In this document: in pieces, positions 8,839 through 20,310 of the stretch
How positions within the stretch are numbered: position 1 is the stretch's first letter
Layout: each line of letters opens with the position of its first letter
Assembly (NCBI GenBank): GCA_963745075.1
Contig: CAVUWV010000015.1
Coordinates: forward strand, 96,001 to 160,000
Reading direction: 5' to 3'
DNA length: 64,000 nt
Source: Candidatus Hydrogenedentota bacterium
GTDB taxonomy: Bacteria > Hydrogenedentota > Hydrogenedentia > Hydrogenedentales > SLHB01
Position numbers and translations under genes: made by a program
The notes under the pieces: model-generated
Seen by the model: only the letters and a program-made list of their open reading frames with translations
What the model was told of the DNA's origin: nothing
The model's database searches: none

Positions 8839-11800
8839 ATGCCGAAACGAACCGACCTACACAAGATCTTCATCATCGGCTCGGGGCCCATTGTCATTGG
8901 ACAGGCCTGCGAGTTCGATTACTCCGGCACACAGGCCTGTAAGGCCCTTCGCGAGGAGGGATTCGAGGTCGTCCTGGTCAACAGCAACCCCGCCACGATC
9001 ATGACGGACCCCGAGACGGCGGATCGAACCTATATCGAGCCGCTTACGGTCGAAATCCTCGAACGGATCATCGAACGGGAGCGTCCCGATGCACTGTTGC
9101 CGACCGTCGGCGGACAGACCGCGCTGAACCTGGCGGTAAAACTCGCCGAATCGGGCGTGCTCGACCGGCTTGGGTGCGAATTGATCGGAGCGAAGCTCCC
9201 GGCAATTCAAAAAGCCGAGGACCGCGGCCTGTTCAAGGAAGCGATCGTGCAATGTGGCCTCGAGGTTCCGCGCAGCCAGGTGGTTCGTACCCTGGACGAA
9301 GCCCGCTCCTTTGGCGCCGAACTCGGGTATAAGGCGATCATCCGGCCCGCGTTCACGCTGGGGGGGAGCGGTGCGGGCGTTTCCTTCAATAAGGACGAAT
9401 ACGATCGCGTGGTCTCGTGGGGGCTCGAGGCCAGCCCGGTCACCGAGGTGCTCGTCGAGGAATCCGTTCTCGGGTGGAAAGAATTCGAACTCGAGGTTAT
9501 GCGCGACTTGCGCGACAACGTCGTTATTATCTGTTCCATCGAAAACGTCGACCCGATGGGTGTACATACGGGCGACAGCATTACCGTCGCGCCTGCACAG
9601 ACGCTGACCGACAAAGAATATCAGCTTATGCGGGACGCGTCGATCCGGATTATCCGCGAGATCGGCGTCGAAACCGGTGGGTCAAATATCCAGTTTGCCG
9701 TCGACCCGAAAACCGGGCGCATGGTGGTTATCGAAATGAACCCGCGCGTGTCGCGGAGTTCGGCCCTGGCATCCAAGGCCACAGGATTTCCCATCGCCAA
9801 GATCGCGGCCAAGCTCGCGGTGGGCTACAGCCTGGACGAGATCCCGAATGACATCACGCGCGAAACGCCCGCCTCCTTCGAGCCCACCATCGACTATTGT
9901 GTGACCAAGATCCCGCGCTGGGCCTTCGAGAAGTTCCCGGGATCGAGTACCGAGCTGACCGTGCAGATGAAAAGCGTGGGCGAAGCCATGAGCATCGGCC
10001 GCACCTTCAAGGAGTCCCTCCAAAAGGGCCTGCGTTCCCTCGAAATCGGCCGCTTCGGTCTCGGAGCGGACGGCAAGGACAAGACCTTTACCGGCGACGC
10101 GGAGTCGCTGGCGGAAAAGGATGCGCTGCTGAAGTCTATCCAGACGCCGGTGCCGGACCGCATTCTCCAAGTCGCCCGCGCCTTCCGGGCGGGAGCGACG
10201 GTTGACGAGATCTTCGCTGCGACCATGATCGATCCCTGGTTTCTGCGGAACATGCGCGAGATTGTCGAGGAAGAACGGGCCTTGGCCCAAGCCAATCCCG
10301 ATGACGCCCTGACGCTGCGCCGCGCCAAGGAACTTGGTTTTTCTGATATCCAGTTGGGGCATTTGTGGAAGATGGATCCTCTCGCGGTTCGGGCGTTGCG
10401 CAAAAAGCACCACGTGGTTGCCACCTACAAGCTGGTTGACACCTGCGCCGCCGAGTTCGAGGCGTATACGCCCTATTACTATTCCACGTACAGCGACGAG
10501 GACGAAGTGCGGCCGACGGACAAAGACAAGATCATGATCCTCGGCGGCGGTCCGAATCGTATCGGCCAGGGTATCGAGTTCGACTATTGCTGCGTCCACG
10601 CCGCCTTCGCGCTGAAAGAGGATGGCTTCGAAACCATCATGGTCAACAGCAATCCCGAGACCGTATCCACCGACTACGACACCTCGGACCGGTTGTACTT
10701 CGAGCCGGTTACGCTGGAGGACGTGCTCAACATCAACGACCGGGAGAAACCCAAAGGCGTCATCGTGCAGTTCGGCGGTCAGACGCCGCTGAATCTGGCG
10801 CAGGCGTTAGAGAAGGCTGGGGTCCCCATCATCGGTACATCGCCGACCAGCATCGCCCGTGCGGAGGATCGGAAAGAGTTCCGGGAACTGGTCCAGAAAC
10901 TGAACCTGCTGCAACCCGAAAACGAGACCGCCGTCTCCGCCGAGGAAGCCCATGCCATCGCGGATGACATTGGATTCCCCGTCGTTGTGCGGCCTTCATT
11001 CGTCCTGGGTGGCCGCGCCATGGAAATCGTTTACGACCACACGGCCCTCGACCGGTATATGACCCACGCCGTGGAAGCGTCTCCCGAACACCCCGTTCTG
11101 ATTGACAAATTCATCGAAGGCGCCATCGAAATTGACGTCGACGCCTTGTCCGACGGAGAAGACGTGGTCGTGGCGGGTATCATGCAACACATCGAAGAAG
11201 CCGGCGTCCATTCCGGGGATAGCGCCTGCATCCTGCCGCCGTACGACCTCGATCCGGAGATTGTCGAGCGGATCAAGGAACAAACCCGTGCCTTGGCCCG
11301 GGAATTGAACGTCGTCGGGCTGATGAACATCCAGTTTGCCGTGCTCGACGACCGGATTTTCCTGTTAGAGGTCAACCCGCGGGCATCGCGAACGGTTCCC
11401 TTCGTAAGCAAAGCCACAGGCATTCCCGTCGCCAAGATTGCGGCGCGGGTCATGGCGGGCAAGACCCTGCGCGAACTGGGCGTCACCGAGGACCCGCAGC
11501 CGGACAGCGTCAGCGCGAAGGAAGTCGTCTTACCCTTCATCAAGTTCCCGGGGGTCGACATCCTCCTCGGTCCCGAGATGCGGAGCACCGGTGAAGTGAT
11601 GGGAATCGATACGTCCATGGGCATGGCGTATGCCAAGAGCCAGATCGCCGCGGGCAATCGGGTGCCCACCGAAGGCACGGTGTTCTTGAGTCTCAACGAC
11701 CGCGACAAAGAGTTGATGGGCGATTTGCCGAAGGAACTGTCGAGTCTCGGATTCAAGATTATCGCCACGGAAGGCACGGCGGCGAAATTGCGCGGTCTGG

Positions 11801-12087
11801 GCATCGAGGTCGAAGAGGTCTATAAGGTCGGTGAACGGCGGCCGCATGTGGTGGATCGTATGATCAACGGCGACATCGATTGGATTATCAACACGCCCAT
11901 GGGTGTAGAATCCAAGTCGGATGAGCGGGCCATTCGACGCACGGCCTTGGAGCGGGGGCTGCCGACCATGACGACGCTGGCAGCGGCGCGCGCGGCGATT
12001 CTCGGGATTCGGGCCATGCGCAAAGGAACGGCGACGGTACGGTCCCTGCAAGAGTACCATGCCGACTCCGGGTGCGCTTTGCACTAA
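8839..12087 (+). CDS. carB: Carbamoyl-phosphate synthase large subunit
   Basis: [30 protein letters not shown], duplicated ATP-grasp domains, C-terminal MGS domain. Confidence 0.99.
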   Translation: MPKRTDLHKIFIIGSGPIVIGQACEFDYSGTQACKALREEGFEVVLVNSNPATIMTDPETADRTYIEPLTVEILERIIERERPDALLPTVGGQTALNLAVKLAESGVLDRLGCELIGAKLPAIQKAEDRGLFKEAIVQCGLEVPRSQVVRTLDEARSFGAELGYKAIIRPAFTLGGSGAGVSFNKDEYDRVVSWGLEASPVTEVLVEESVLGWKEFELEVMRDLRDNVVIICSIENVDPMGVHTGDSITVAPAQTLTDKEYQLMRDASIRIIREIGVETGGSNIQFAVDPKTGRMVVIEMNPRVSRSSALASKATGFPIAKIAAKLAVGYSLDEIPNDITRETPASFEPTIDYCVTKIPRWAFEKFPGSSTELTVQMKSVGEAMSIGRTFKESLQKGLRSLEIGRFGLGADGKDKTFTGDAESLAEKDALLKSIQTPVPDRILQVARAFRAGATVDEIFAATMIDPWFLRNMREIVEEERALAQANPDDALTLRRAKELGFSDIQLGHLWKMDPLAVRALRKKHHVVATYKLVDTCAAEFEAYTPYYYSTYSDEDEVRPTDKDKIMILGGGPNRIGQGIEFDYCCVHAAFALKEDGFETIMVNSNPETVSTDYDTSDRLYFEPVTLEDVLNINDREKPKGVIVQFGGQTPLNLAQALEKAGVPIIGTSPTSIARAEDRKEFRELVQKLNLLQPENETAVSAEEAHAIADDIGFPVVVRPSFVLGGRAMEIVYDHTALDRYMTHAVEASPEHPVLIDKFIEGAIEIDVDALSDGEDVVVAGIMQHIEEAGVHSGDSACILPPYDLDPEIVERIKEQTRALARELNVVGLMNIQFAVLDDRIFLLEVNPRASRTVPFVSKATGIPVAKIAARVMAGKTLRELGVTEDPQPDSVSAKEVVLPFIKFPGVDILLGPEMRSTGEVMGIDTSMGMAYAKSQIAAGNRVPTEGTVFLSLNDRDKELMGDLPKELSSLGFKIIATEGTAAKLRGLGIEVEEVYKVGERRPHVVDRMINGDIDWIINTPMGVESKSDERAIRRTALERGLPTMTTLAAARAAILGIRAMRKGTATVRSLQEYHADSGCALH

Positions 12088-12129
12088 CGCGCGGCGAGTC
12101 CTGCGCCGGACGCTGCGAATGGGGTGGTC

Positions 12130-12972
12130 ATGACAACCGGACGTTTGTTCGTGGTCGCGACTCCGATCGGAAACCTGGGCGACATGTCCCCGCGCGCGGT
12201 GGACGTACTGCAGAGTGTCGACCTCGTCGCGGCGGAAGATACACGCCACTCCAAGAGGTTGCTTACCCACTTCCACATTCACACGCCACTTACCAGTTAT
12301 CACGAGCACAACGAGACAACGAAAACGGAGACGCTAGTCGCGACACTGGTCGAAGGCAAGAATCTTGCCCTCATCAGCGATGCGGGGACTCCGTGTATCT
12401 CCGATCCTGGATATCGCCTCGTTCGCGCCGCACAGGATGCCGGAATCGACGTGGTGGCAGTTCCCGGCGCTTCGGCCGTATTGGCGGCATTGGCCATCAG
12501 CGGTCTTCCAACCGACCGGTTTTCGTATCACGGGTTCTTCCCCCGAAAACCGCGGGCGGCAGAATCGCTGATTGAAACGATCGTGCGAATGGGAGGGACC
12601 CATGTTGTCTTGGAGGCGCCCAACCGTTTGGTGGACACCTTGAACCTGATTGTCCGGGTTGCCCCGGCCGATACGGAAGCCTGCGTAACCCGGGAACTCA
12701 CCAAAGTCCACGAAGAATGCCGGAGGAGTTCGCCCCGGGAACTTGCGCAACATTTCGCCGCAAACCCACCGCGCGGCGAATGCGTGCTTCTGATGTACAT
12801 CCCCGCGCGTGAAGCCACGGCCGCCATGCCCCCGCCCGAGCGCATTCGGGAAATGGTCGAGTCGCTCATGGCGGAAGAAAACCTGTCGCGCCGCGATGCC
12901 GTTCGCAGGCTCGCAGCCGAGTTGGGGCTTCCTCGAAATGCCGTGTACGCGGCCGCGCAGGGGACAGAATGA
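12130..12972 (+). CDS. rsmI: 16S rRNA C1402 2'-O-methyltransferase
   Basis: VATPIGNLGD, AAEDTRH, SDAGTPCISDPG, RELTKVHEE. Confidence 0.96.
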   Translation: MTTGRLFVVATPIGNLGDMSPRAVDVLQSVDLVAAEDTRHSKRLLTHFHIHTPLTSYHEHNETTKTETLVATLVEGKNLALISDAGTPCISDPGYRLVRAAQDAGIDVVAVPGASAVLAALAISGLPTDRFSYHGFFPRKPRAAESLIETIVRMGGTHVVLEAPNRLVDTLNLIVRVAPADTEACVTRELTKVHEECRRSSPRELAQHFAANPPRGECVLLMYIPAREATAAMPPPERIREMVESLMAEENLSRRDAVRRLAAELGLPRNAVYAAAQGTE

Positions 12973-14207
12973 ACGAGGCCGCGCGTATCGGGATTCCGTT
13001 GGCGATCGAGCGGATGGCGCTGGCTATCCGGTACGTCACCTATTTTCTACTCATCGCGCTCGTCGGGCTCGGGTACATTACTGGAAACCGCCAAGATATC
13101 GCCACCATCACGGCCTTGCTGGTCTTTCATCATGCGTTTGTGCACACCGTATTGTGGACCAAGCGGTACGACCTGCTCTTCACTCGCTTTAATTTCCTCG
13201 TGAATTTCATCGAAGTGTCGGCCGTCGTGGTATTAACCGGGGCCGATACGAGCGCAGCCTATCTCCTCTATTTTCCCTTCATGGTCGGGTTCAGCGCCTA
13301 CGAACGCCGGTTCCGGCGCGTACTCTTCAATGCCTTTCTCTGTATGCTCAGCTACATTCTTGCGGTCCTGTTCGAAACATGGAACGTCGGATTGGAAGAG
13401 CAAACCGGCGTTCTGATAGTGAAGGTTCTGTACATTCTCTTCACTGGCTGGTTGGTTGCCGTGCTGTCCGAGCGTTTGCGCAAAGCAGAAGAAAATGAGT
13501 CTAGCCATGCGGCGCAGTTGGCCTCTTCGGAAGCAACACTTCGAACGATCCTGGACAACGCCGGCGATCCCATAATCGTCTTCGATGAAAATGAATTCAT
13601 CGCCGAAGCCAACGCCCGTGCCTCCGAGTTCTTGATGGTGCCGCCCGATAAACTCGTGGGGCAGCGCATACGCGCATTCATCTTCGACGACGGCACCCTG
13701 GCGCACAAGTTCGCGAATCTTCGGGTGCGAGGAGAGGGACAAAGCGAGGAGGTCTTCCTCAACGCGGAAGGCGAAGAACGTTCCGTGGATATGGTCGTTC
13801 GCACGTACGTTCGCGCACGCAATCGGTACTACGTCGCGATAATTCGGGACGTGACGGATCGCAAGGAACTGCAGGAGGCGACGCGGCTCGCAAACGCACA
13901 GCTCGATCGACTGAACAGCGAACTGCGGCAGGTGGAGCGCCTGAAGACCAATTTCCTGACGTCCATCTCCCGAAACATGCGTTCGCCGCTCTCTGCGGTG
14001 TCGGGGTACGTCGAAATGCTGTTGGAGGAAGAACTCGGTGAGATCAACGTCGAGCAACGAAAAGCCCTGCAAACCTGCCGGCGCGGCTTGCTGCGCGTGT
14101 TCCGATTGATTGACGAGGCCCTCGACCTACACCGGCTCGAAACCAAGCGGTCGCAAATCGCCGCATCGCGCGAGGACACCGCACCGCGCGATAAGGTGGA
14201 TCGCTGA
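12969..14207 (+). CDS. Membrane PAS-domain protein with degenerate HisKA domain and no HATPase
   Basis: N-terminal TM bundle, PAS (ILDNAGDPI...RDVTDRK), H-box reads SRNMRSPL, ORF ends after the dimerisation helices. Confidence 0.8.
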   Translation: MNEAARIGIPLAIERMALAIRYVTYFLLIALVGLGYITGNRQDIATITALLVFHHAFVHTVLWTKRYDLLFTRFNFLVNFIEVSAVVVLTGADTSAAYLLYFPFMVGFSAYERRFRRVLFNAFLCMLSYILAVLFETWNVGLEEQTGVLIVKVLYILFTGWLVAVLSERLRKAEENESSHAAQLASSEATLRTILDNAGDPIIVFDENEFIAEANARASEFLMVPPDKLVGQRIRAFIFDDGTLAHKFANLRVRGEGQSEEVFLNAEGEERSVDMVVRTYVRARNRYYVAIIRDVTDRKELQEATRLANAQLDRLNSELRQVERLKTNFLTSISRNMRSPLSAVSGYVEMLLEEELGEINVEQRKALQTCRRGLLRVFRLIDEALDLHRLETKRSQIAASREDTAPRDKVDR

Positions 14208-14217
14208 TTGCTTCGGG

Positions 14218-16671
14218 TTAAAAAGTTCCGTATGGATCGAGGTCGATCTTCAGCCGGACCCGTGCGGGAGGCTGGGTCTCGAAAGCATCGCGCACCGCAC
14301 GGCTCAGTTGATTGATGCGTTTGGCGCTCTTCGATAGGACCCCGAGATTCCATCGATACTTTTTCTTCACCCGGCGAACCGTCGCAGGCGAGGGGCCCAG
14401 AATCTCGATACCCTGGAATCCGAGTTCGTCGATCGTGTTCTTCACCAGCCGATGGAGAATCGCCACGGCACGGGCGGCTTCCTCAGGGTCTTCACACTCG
14501 ATCATTAAATTTGCCATCCGGCGAAACGGCGGATACTGCGCGTTTCGCCGTTCGACAATTTCGCGTTCGTAGAAGACCGCGTAATCATGCTGCGCCGCGG
14601 ACTGAAGCGCGTAATGGTGGGGGCGATACGTCTGAATCAATACATTGCCGGGACGCTCGCCGCGCCCGGCGCGCCCGGCCACTTGTGTCAGCAACTGAAA
14701 CGTATTCTCCGCCGCACGAAAGTCCGGAAGCGCCAGCCCGGTATCCGCATTGATGACGCCGACCAGCGTAACCCCCGGGTAGTCGTGACCCTTCGCGATC
14801 ATCTGTGTGCCGATTAAAATGTCGATGGCCCCCTCGGCCAACCGGCCCAGTATTTTCGCATGGCCGCCTTTTCCTGACGTCGTATCCGCGTCCATGCGTT
14901 CGACCCGGGCGTTGGGAAAAGCCCGCATCAGGTAATCTTCGACACGTTGCGTGCCCGTGCCGAGGTACAAAAGCGGATTGAAGTGACACTCGTCGCAAAC
15001 GAGCGGAATTTGCCGGCGCCCGTTGCAGTAATGGCAGTTCAGGTACGCCCCCTTCGCGTGGTACGTGAGCGTGACATTGCAGTCGGGACACTCCGCCACC
15101 CAGCCGCATTGTGGACACAGGACGAACGGGGCGAACCCTCGGCGATTGAGCAACAGCAACACTTGTTCGCCCGCTTTCACTCGTCCCTGAACCGCTTCTT
15201 CGAGCCGTCGGGACAGGATAACGTTCGAGCCGGTTTCTCGCGATTCCACCCGCATGTCGATCAGTTGAACGTCGGGCAGTTTTGCGCGCGTGGCCCGTTG
15301 GTTTAGAACGAGGCGGTGTGATTTCCCCGACTCGCTGTTGTAGTGCGACTCGATAGAAGGCGTTGCCGACCCAAGCACGCACACGGCGTCATTGCGTTGC
15401 GCGCGCATGATGGCCACATCGCGCGCGTGGTACCGCGGCGTTTCCGACTGTTTGTACGACGAGTCGTGTTCCTCATCGACGACGATAATGCCCACATTGG
15501 GCAAGGGAGCGAAAATCGCTGATCGGGCCCCCACCACGATCCGCACTTCGCCACGGTGGGCGCGCCGCCATTCGTCGTACCGTTCGCCCGCGCCCAGGCC
15601 GCTATGCAACACCGCGATATCGGTGGCAAAACGGGCTTTGAACCGGCCCACGGTCTGTGGAGTCAACGAGATCTCCGGAACCAGAATGATGGCGTCGCGC
15701 CCCTGCGCCAACACGAATTCGATGGCCTGCAGGTACACCTCGGTTTTACCGCTTCCCGTGATGCCTTGCAGGAGAAACGTGCGAAACATCCGCTCGCGTA
15801 CGGTTCCGGCAATCGCGTCGAAGGCCGCCATCTGCTCCGAATTCAACTGGTGTTTGTGCCCGGCGTCCCCGGCCCCGGCGTAGTGAGGCGTCCGATAGTA
15901 CTCACGTTCCATGCGCTCGATGAGTCCGCGGGATTCCAATTGGCGCAGAATGGACGCATTGACCCCGTGCTTTTCGTACAAGTGGGCGGCCAACCGCTCC
16001 GGTTCGCCGTTCAACAGGTCCAGGTAGACTGCGGCCTGCTTTGGCGCGCGTCGTTGCAGCCGCTCCAGGTCCTCCTGAGAAGGTATGGTGCCTTCGATCA
16101 GTTGGACATAGGTTTCCGTCTGTGCGGATACCCCGGTGCTCCCGGCCACTATTTCGGCGCGCACCACGTTCCGGTTTACCAGCGTGCGCAGCGTGTTGCT
16201 CAGCGCCGTTGCCCCGACGGTTTTGGCAAGTTGCTTCTCCGTGAGCGGACCGCGGCGGTGCAATTCTGCGATGACCTTGCGCTGCCGGTCGGTGTACCGC
16301 CCGGTCGCGATCCGATCGAGTTGGAGGACGTAGCGAACCTTGCTGCGCACGGCGATGCCGGCAGGAACGGCACTCTGAAGCGCTTCGCCCCAGGAGCAGC
16401 AGTAGTAATCGGCCATCCACTTGCAAAGTGCGAGCAACTCTGGCGAATACAGGGGCCCTTCGTCCGGCAGGTCGATCAGGGTGCGAACCGATTCCAGTTC
16501 GCAGTTCGCATGCAAGCCGACAATGGTGCCGGTTTCCACGCGTTTCCGAAAGGGGACGACCGCACGCATTCCGGTGCAAATCCGGTGACGCAGCGATGGG
16601 GGAACTCCGTAGGTGAACGGATTGTCTACGGGAACCGGCAGGATCACGTCGGCGAACGCGTTATCGCTCAT
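14218..16671 (-). CDS. priA: Primosomal protein N'
   Basis: GITGSGKTEVY, VPEISLTPQ, DEEH, four CxxC pairs, QVAGRAGR. Confidence 0.98.
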   Translation of the reverse strand: MSDNAFADVILPVPVDNPFTYGVPPSLRHRICTGMRAVVPFRKRVETGTIVGLHANCELESVRTLIDLPDEGPLYSPELLALCKWMADYYCCSWGEALQSAVPAGIAVRSKVRYVLQLDRIATGRYTDRQRKVIAELHRRGPLTEKQLAKTVGATALSNTLRTLVNRNVVRAEIVAGSTGVSAQTETYVQLIEGTIPSQEDLERLQRRAPKQAAVYLDLLNGEPERLAAHLYEKHGVNASILRQLESRGLIERMEREYYRTPHYAGAGDAGHKHQLNSEQMAAFDAIAGTVRERMFRTFLLQGITGSGKTEVYLQAIEFVLAQGRDAIILVPEISLTPQTVGRFKARFATDIAVLHSGLGAGERYDEWRRAHRGEVRIVVGARSAIFAPLPNVGIIVVDEEHDSSYKQSETPRYHARDVAIMRAQRNDAVCVLGSATPSIESHYNSESGKSHRLVLNQRATRAKLPDVQLIDMRVESRETGSNVILSRRLEEAVQGRVKAGEQVLLLLNRRGFAPFVLCPQCGWVAECPDCNVTLTYHAKGAYLNCHYCNGRRQIPLVCDECHFNPLLYLGTGTQRVEDYLMRAFPNARVERMDADTTSGKGGHAKILGRLAEGAIDILIGTQMIAKGHDYPGVTLVGVINADTGLALPDFRAAENTFQLLTQVAGRAGRGERPGNVLIQTYRPHHYALQSAAQHDYAVFYEREIVERRNAQYPPFRRMANLMIECEDPEEAARAVAILHRLVKNTIDELGFQGIEILGPSPATVRRVKKKYRWNLGVLSKSAKRINQLSRAVRDAFETQPPARVRLKIDLDPYGTF

Positions 16672-16717
16672 GGTTCAGACCCTGCAACGTGCGGCAATGC
16701 GGTTCGATTACGGTTGA

Positions 16718-17332
16718 TTACGATGCGCTCGGCACGGCGTGCTTGCGGGTGCCGCCGCTCCAACGGCTCGCGTCGACAAAGCGTTGCCATACCACCAATT
16801 GGTCTTGCGGCACGCGGGCGCCGAAGTGCGGCATCCAGGCGGGTCTCGCGGGACGTCGCAGCAGGGGCATCCCGGCTTCTTCCGGCGTTCGGTTGCCTTT
16901 GCGCACGTTGCAGTGCAGGCAGGCGACTACCAGGTTCTCCCAGGTGTCGGCGCCGCGCCGCGATTGCGGTATGACGTGATCCAGCGTCAACTGCGATTTT
17001 GGAAAACGCTTGCCACAGTACTGGCAGATTCCCGCGTCCCGCTCGAAAATGCTGTGCCGCGAGAAGCGCACCTCATGACGGATAAACCCGTTGAAGAGTG
17101 TCAGGAGAATGACTTCCGGAATCCGAATGCGTGTCGTCGGCGTGTACACGTACCGGCCGCCGAGTCCATCCTGCGAAAGGACCAACCAGTCCTCGAAGTC
17201 GTGGAGGGAATAGTCGTGCGGATGGACGGCCCGTGCCGCGCCCAGGTAAAGCAGGGAGAGCGCGCGCCGGACGGGGGCGATATGAACCGCCGTCCAGGAC
17301 TTGTTCAGGACAAGTACACTGCCTTCCAACAT
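16718..17332 (-). CDS. HNH endonuclease (McrA-like)
   Basis: VLVLN; RD..CQYCG; TLDHVIPQSRRG..TWENLV.AC..CN..KGNRTP. Confidence 0.93.
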   Translation of the reverse strand: MLEGSVLVLNKSWTAVHIAPVRRALSLLYLGAARAVHPHDYSLHDFEDWLVLSQDGLGGRYVYTPTTRIRIPEVILLTLFNGFIRHEVRFSRHSIFERDAGICQYCGKRFPKSQLTLDHVIPQSRRGADTWENLVVACLHCNVRKGNRTPEEAGMPLLRRPARPAWMPHFGARVPQDQLVVWQRFVDASRWSGGTRKHAVPSAS

Positions 17333-17525
17333 TGCGCCGACTCCAATTTCTACATCAACTACTTCACGTCATCCTCATGCGCCCGTTCCGCTTCGTACCG
17401 CTTACCCAACCGTACAAGACCGGAGGGGCCTCACAAGTATAGGTTTCTTGCGGTGTTCAGTCAAACTGCCATACACGGAATTGTATTGAGCCGATGCACA
17501 TGCGGCGTCGTATAATGCCTCCGAA

Positions 17526-18104
17526 ATGACCGACGAGCACCCGGATAGCCTTATCGAACGATTCACGGCGCAATACCGTGCGCTGGCCGGACACGCCCAT
17601 GTTGTCGCCGATGCCGCGGCGGCCGCCGTGACCGCGCTCGAAATTCTTCGCGACGCGGACGTGGAACAGGTGGCGCTCGCGGCGCTGCCGGCCGCGGTTC
17701 AGGGACCACTGCGTGATGCGCTCGACGCAGCAGGCGTGGCATTCGTCGCCGAACCCTTTCCGGCACATGATCTGCCGGGGCTAATCGACGGGGTTCAAGC
17801 CGGCATCACCGGCGCAACGTTTGCCATTGCCCAGTCCGGCACCCTCGTCGAAGCCTCCACGGATGACGCCGTACGCCTGACGTCGAGTCTCCCGCGCATC
17901 CACATTGGCCTGGTTTTCGCTCGCGACATCGTGCCATCCTTCGAAGACGCGGCCCCACGCTTGCGCGACCTGTTCGCTGCCGAAGCCGGCGGGTGCGCGA
18001 TTACATTCATATCCGGACCCAGTCGAACGGGAGACATCGAACTGAAACTGACTCTGGGCGTGCACGGTCCCGAGACGGCGCACGCCATCGTCATACGGAG
18101 TTAA
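17526..18104 (+). CDS. lutC: LUD-domain protein, LutC-like
   Basis: AIAQSGTLV, SSLPRIH, ISGPSRTGDIE..LTLGVHGP. Confidence 0.9.
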   Translation: MTDEHPDSLIERFTAQYRALAGHAHVVADAAAAAVTALEILRDADVEQVALAALPAAVQGPLRDALDAAGVAFVAEPFPAHDLPGLIDGVQAGITGATFAIAQSGTLVEASTDDAVRLTSSLPRIHIGLVFARDIVPSFEDAAPRLRDLFAAEAGGCAITFISGPSRTGDIELKLTLGVHGPETAHAIVIRS

Positions 18105-18115
18105 GAGGACCACCG

Positions 18116-20236
18116 ATGCCGGAAGGACGCTACGAGCGGTTGTGCGCCAGGATCACCGAAGCGCTGGACACGCCCGAGCGCAGCAACGCGCTGTTCCGGT
18201 GCATGCAACGCGGACGGGACAATCGTACCCGTGCGATCACATCCCTTCGCGACGGGGCCGCGTTTCGCACCCGGGTAAAGGCCATCAAGGACCGGTGCAT
18301 CGAGCAGCAAGAAGTGCTGCTCGATACGTTTATTGCGAACGCGCGGGCGCGGGGCGCGAAGGTCTTCCTCGCTTCCGACGGCGCCGCGGCCATCGAGTAC
18401 GTGTTGAACCTCGCCCGGGAACGCAACGCCAAGACGATCGCGAAGTCCAAATCGCTCACAACCGAGGAGATCGACATCAACGATCCCCTGATGGAGGCCG
18501 GCCTTCGGGTTATCGAGACCGATCTTGGCGAACTCATCATCCAACTGGTTCATGAGCGGCCCTATCATCTGGTGTTTCCGTCCGTTCACAAGATGACCGC
18601 AGAAGTGGCGCAAATCTTTGCGCGCGAGACCGGTCAAGAAATCTCTCCCGATATACCGTCGATCATGAAAGTGGTGCGCGCGTACCTGCGGCCCATCTTC
18701 CTGGACGCTGAAATCGGCATGACGGGGGCTAACATCGGTGTCGCGGAGAGCGGCGCCATTGTCATCGAAACCAATGAAGGCAATGGGCGGCTCGTGTCCA
18801 GTATCGGCGATTGTCACGTATGCGTGATGGGCGTGGAGAAGATCGTCGATTCGATTGAGGATGCCCTCGAACTCATCCTGGCCCATCCCGTGAGCGCATC
18901 CGGTCAACTGCCCACCACCTATGTGACGTGGATGGGAGGCCGATCGCCCCTCGGGGAAGGCGCGGGCAGGGCGCCCCGGGAATCGCACATCGTGATCCTC
19001 GACAACGGCCGTACCGCGATGCGCCGGGATCCCGAGATGCGCGAGGCGCTGAACTGCATTCGTTGCGGCGCGTGCATGAACGTCTGCCCAACCTACGGCG
19101 TCGTCGGCGGGCACACCTTCGGCCACATCTATCCCGGGCCGATCGGCATCCCCTGGACCGCCGAAGTGCATGGCCTGGACAACGCGGGGGACTTCGCGGC
19201 GCTGTGCATCTCCTGCGGATTGTGCAAGGAGATCTGCCCGGCAATGATCGACATGCCGATGATGATCGCGGAAGTGAAGGAACGGGATTCCCGGAAGCAT
19301 GGCTTCTCCCGGGCCGAGCGAACCATGATGGCAGCCGATGGCTATGCAGAGCTTGGAAGCGCGGTCGCGCCCCTGGCCAATCGGGCGATGCGGAGCCGTA
19401 TAGTCCGCCGGGTGATGGAGAAGACCTTGGGCGTGGACGCCCGGCGTCAGCTACCGGCGTTTTCGCGCGACACGTTCAAGCGGCAATTTGCTCGCCGCCC
19501 TTCCCGATCCGGCCTCGGCCAACGAAAAGTCGCGTTCTTTGTGGATGTCTTCGCCAACCACAATCGGCCCGACTTGGGAATGGCGGTTGTCGAACGCCTG
19601 GAAGCGTTGGGCTGCGACGTGGCGGTGCCCGAGCAGCGATCCAGCGGATATCCCTTTATCGCCTACGGCGATCTGGACCGCGCGCGCGAAGTCGCCGCGT
19701 ACAATGTGGCCCGATTTGCGCCCTGCGCCGAAGAAGGGTTTGACATCGTCGCGGTCGAGCCGACGGCTGCCTATTCGTTGCGCGTGGCGTATCCGAAACT
19801 GCTGCATGAAAGCCACAAGTCACTCGCCGTGGCCGGGCGATCCCAGGAACTCTTCGCCTATCTCCTCTCATTGGAACGGGACGCGCCAACGACCGCGACG
19901 CAGTTCCTGGGCCGGCGCTACGGTTTTCACGTGTCTTGCCATCAACGTCCCCTCGGGGCGGGGAGCGAGGCCATGGAATGGTTGCGTCGCCGTGGAGCGG
20001 ATGTGACCCTTATTGAAACGGGCACTTGTTGTGGCATGGGGGGGACCTTCGGATTGAAAGCGGGTCCCTTGGGCTATGATCTGTCCAAGGCGGCGGGCGA
20101 AACGCTTTGCGCCAAATTCATCGAATCGGGAGTGGATGCCATCGTCAGCGAGAGCAGCGTTTGCGCGATTCAGTTGCGGGAAGGGACCGGCCTGCCGGTC
20201 ATGCATCCGTTAGAGCTTTTCCTCGGCGCAGTCTAA
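18116..20236 (+). CDS. lutB: LutB-like Fe-S protein fused to C-terminal CCG (GlpC-like) domains
   Basis: KSKS, ETDLGE, TNEGNG, CIRCGACMNVCP, CISCGLCKEICP, C-terminal CCGMGGTFG. Confidence 0.88.
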   Translation: MPEGRYERLCARITEALDTPERSNALFRCMQRGRDNRTRAITSLRDGAAFRTRVKAIKDRCIEQQEVLLDTFIANARARGAKVFLASDGAAAIEYVLNLARERNAKTIAKSKSLTTEEIDINDPLMEAGLRVIETDLGELIIQLVHERPYHLVFPSVHKMTAEVAQIFARETGQEISPDIPSIMKVVRAYLRPIFLDAEIGMTGANIGVAESGAIVIETNEGNGRLVSSIGDCHVCVMGVEKIVDSIEDALELILAHPVSASGQLPTTYVTWMGGRSPLGEGAGRAPRESHIVILDNGRTAMRRDPEMREALNCIRCGACMNVCPTYGVVGGHTFGHIYPGPIGIPWTAEVHGLDNAGDFAALCISCGLCKEICPAMIDMPMMIAEVKERDSRKHGFSRAERTMMAADGYAELGSAVAPLANRAMRSRIVRRVMEKTLGVDARRQLPAFSRDTFKRQFARRPSRSGLGQRKVAFFVDVFANHNRPDLGMAVVERLEALGCDVAVPEQRSSGYPFIAYGDLDRAREVAAYNVARFAPCAEEGFDIVAVEPTAAYSLRVAYPKLLHESHKSLAVAGRSQELFAYLLSLERDAPTTATQFLGRRYGFHVSCHQRPLGAGSEAMEWLRRRGADVTLIETGTCCGMGGTFGLKAGPLGYDLSKAAGETLCAKFIESGVDAIVSESSVCAIQLREGTGLPVMHPLELFLGAV

Positions 20237-20247
20237 TCGGTCGCCGG

Positions 20248-20285
20248 AAAAAGAAAAAAGGCGGGCATGTATTCCATACCCGCCG
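20248..20285 (-). terminator. Intrinsic terminator of the 31-aa ORF
   Basis: Minus strand GGCGGGTATG...CATGCCCGCC followed by TTTTTTCTTTTT. Confidence 0.8.
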
Positions 20286-20310
20286 GATCGCTTACTGAGA
20301 ATCGTCGTGA

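Noticed and set aside
16718..17332. HNH gene as a mobile or defence element
   Set aside because: Typical stand-alone chromosomal HNH family with no methylase, intron or transposon ends.
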